From: Selaginella moellendorffii
Taxonomy: Eukaryota; Plantae; Lycopodiophyta
NCBI RefSeq assembly: GCF_000143415.4
Contig: NW_003314504.1
Span: forward strand, 1 to 21,604
Length of the DNA: 21,604 nt
Direction of reading: 5' to 3'
Positions 20,992 through 21,604 of this stretch are shown in pieces. Both the position numbers and the translations under genes were made by a program. Each line of letters opens with the position of its first letter. The first letter of the stretch is position 1. The notes under the pieces are model-generated. The model had not been told where the DNA came from and searched no databases. It saw only the letters and a program-made list of their open reading frames with translations.

Positions 20992-21564
20992 CTACTCGGC
21001 CTCTGAGTCGGAGCTGGATTCTCCAGCGTTTGCGCCTTTCGCCTTGTCCGCCTCCTCCACGCCTGGCTCTTTCACCGCCTTGTCCTTCTTTTGCTTCTTC
21101 TTTTCTTTCTTCTTTAGCCTCTTTGCCCTCCTCTTGGCCGTTCGCTCCTCGGCCTCTTTGAGCCGGGCTTCGCGACGAATCGCAAACTCCGTCTGCTCCT
21201 TCTTCCTCTGATAATCCGCCTCCATCCGCGCCAGGCGATCCTGCTCCCTGCGTCTCATCTGCCGGTACTGCGCAGGCCGAAATATCGATACTCTGGGGCC
21301 AAAAACAAAGAAAATCGCGCTTACCTGGTGGAAATCTCCCGAGCCAGACCCAGCGGAGCTCCCAGATGTATTGCTGATGCGCACGGGAACTTGCTCCGTG
21401 ATCCGCCGGAGCTTAATCTCGAGGTCTTCGTCCTCGGCCGGGACCTCTGGGATCGCCGGCTCCGAGGCTGGGACCAGCGCCTTGCCATCGCCCCTAGTGC
21501 TGGCGAGAGTCACTACCTGGGTGTTGCCCTCTGTGTAGGTCTGGGACGTCGTGTACCGCGGCAT
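20992..21564 (-). CDS. PRKRIP1: PRKR-interacting protein 1-like (DUF1168) spliceosomal factor; exons 21564-21325, 21267-20992; 171 aa
   Basis: VRISNTSGSSAGSGSGDFHQ|YRQMRRREQDRL, followed by EERTAKRRAKRLKKK; 57-nt GTAAG...CAG intron. Confidence 0.88.
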   Translation of the reverse strand: MPRYTTSQTYTEGNTQVVTLASTRGDGKALVPASEPAIPEVPAEDEDLEIKLRRITEQVPVRISNTSGSSAGSGSGDFHQVSAIFFVFGPRVSIFRPAQYRQMRRREQDRLARMEADYQRKKEQTEFAIRREARLKEAEERTAKRRAKRLKKKEKKKQKKDKAVKEPGVEEADKAKGANAGESSSDSEAE

Positions 21565-21604
21565 TTGCCCAAGAACCCTAAAATCCCCAAACGAAAAAAG
21601 GTCA

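Overview
Gene-dense eukaryotic plant DNA with tiny (50-95 nt) introns. The style (compactness, intron size, PLS-type PPR gene with insertions) fits a lycophyte such as Selaginella; this is inference, not a database match. Left to right: the 5' end of an unidentified gene (-); 40S ribosomal protein S5 (+, 5 exons); cytosolic fructose-1,6-bisphosphatase (-, 12 exons, one GC-AG intron); a ~2 kb tandem duplication carrying two long Gly/Tyr/Asp-rich ASR (ABA/WDS) genes plus a crushed remnant of the FBPase 5' end and promoter; an intronless, bacterial-looking sarcosine-oxidase-family flavoprotein (-); an LRR receptor-like-protein pseudogene (+); a compact MICOS Mic60/mitofilin gene (-, 10 exons); a CPKPRR/GSPPxRA-family gene with a uORF-rich leader (+); a PLS-E PPR gene (-); a ~4 kb AT-rich, CpG-depleted island with two dead copies of an orphan secreted-protein gene, whose intact copy follows (-); and a PRKRIP1/DUF1168 gene (-). 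Best leads: the ASR paralog whose His-rich ABA/WDS core was removed by in-frame deletions only, the possibly horizontally acquired oxidase, the orphan secreted family, and a candidate conserved uORF.
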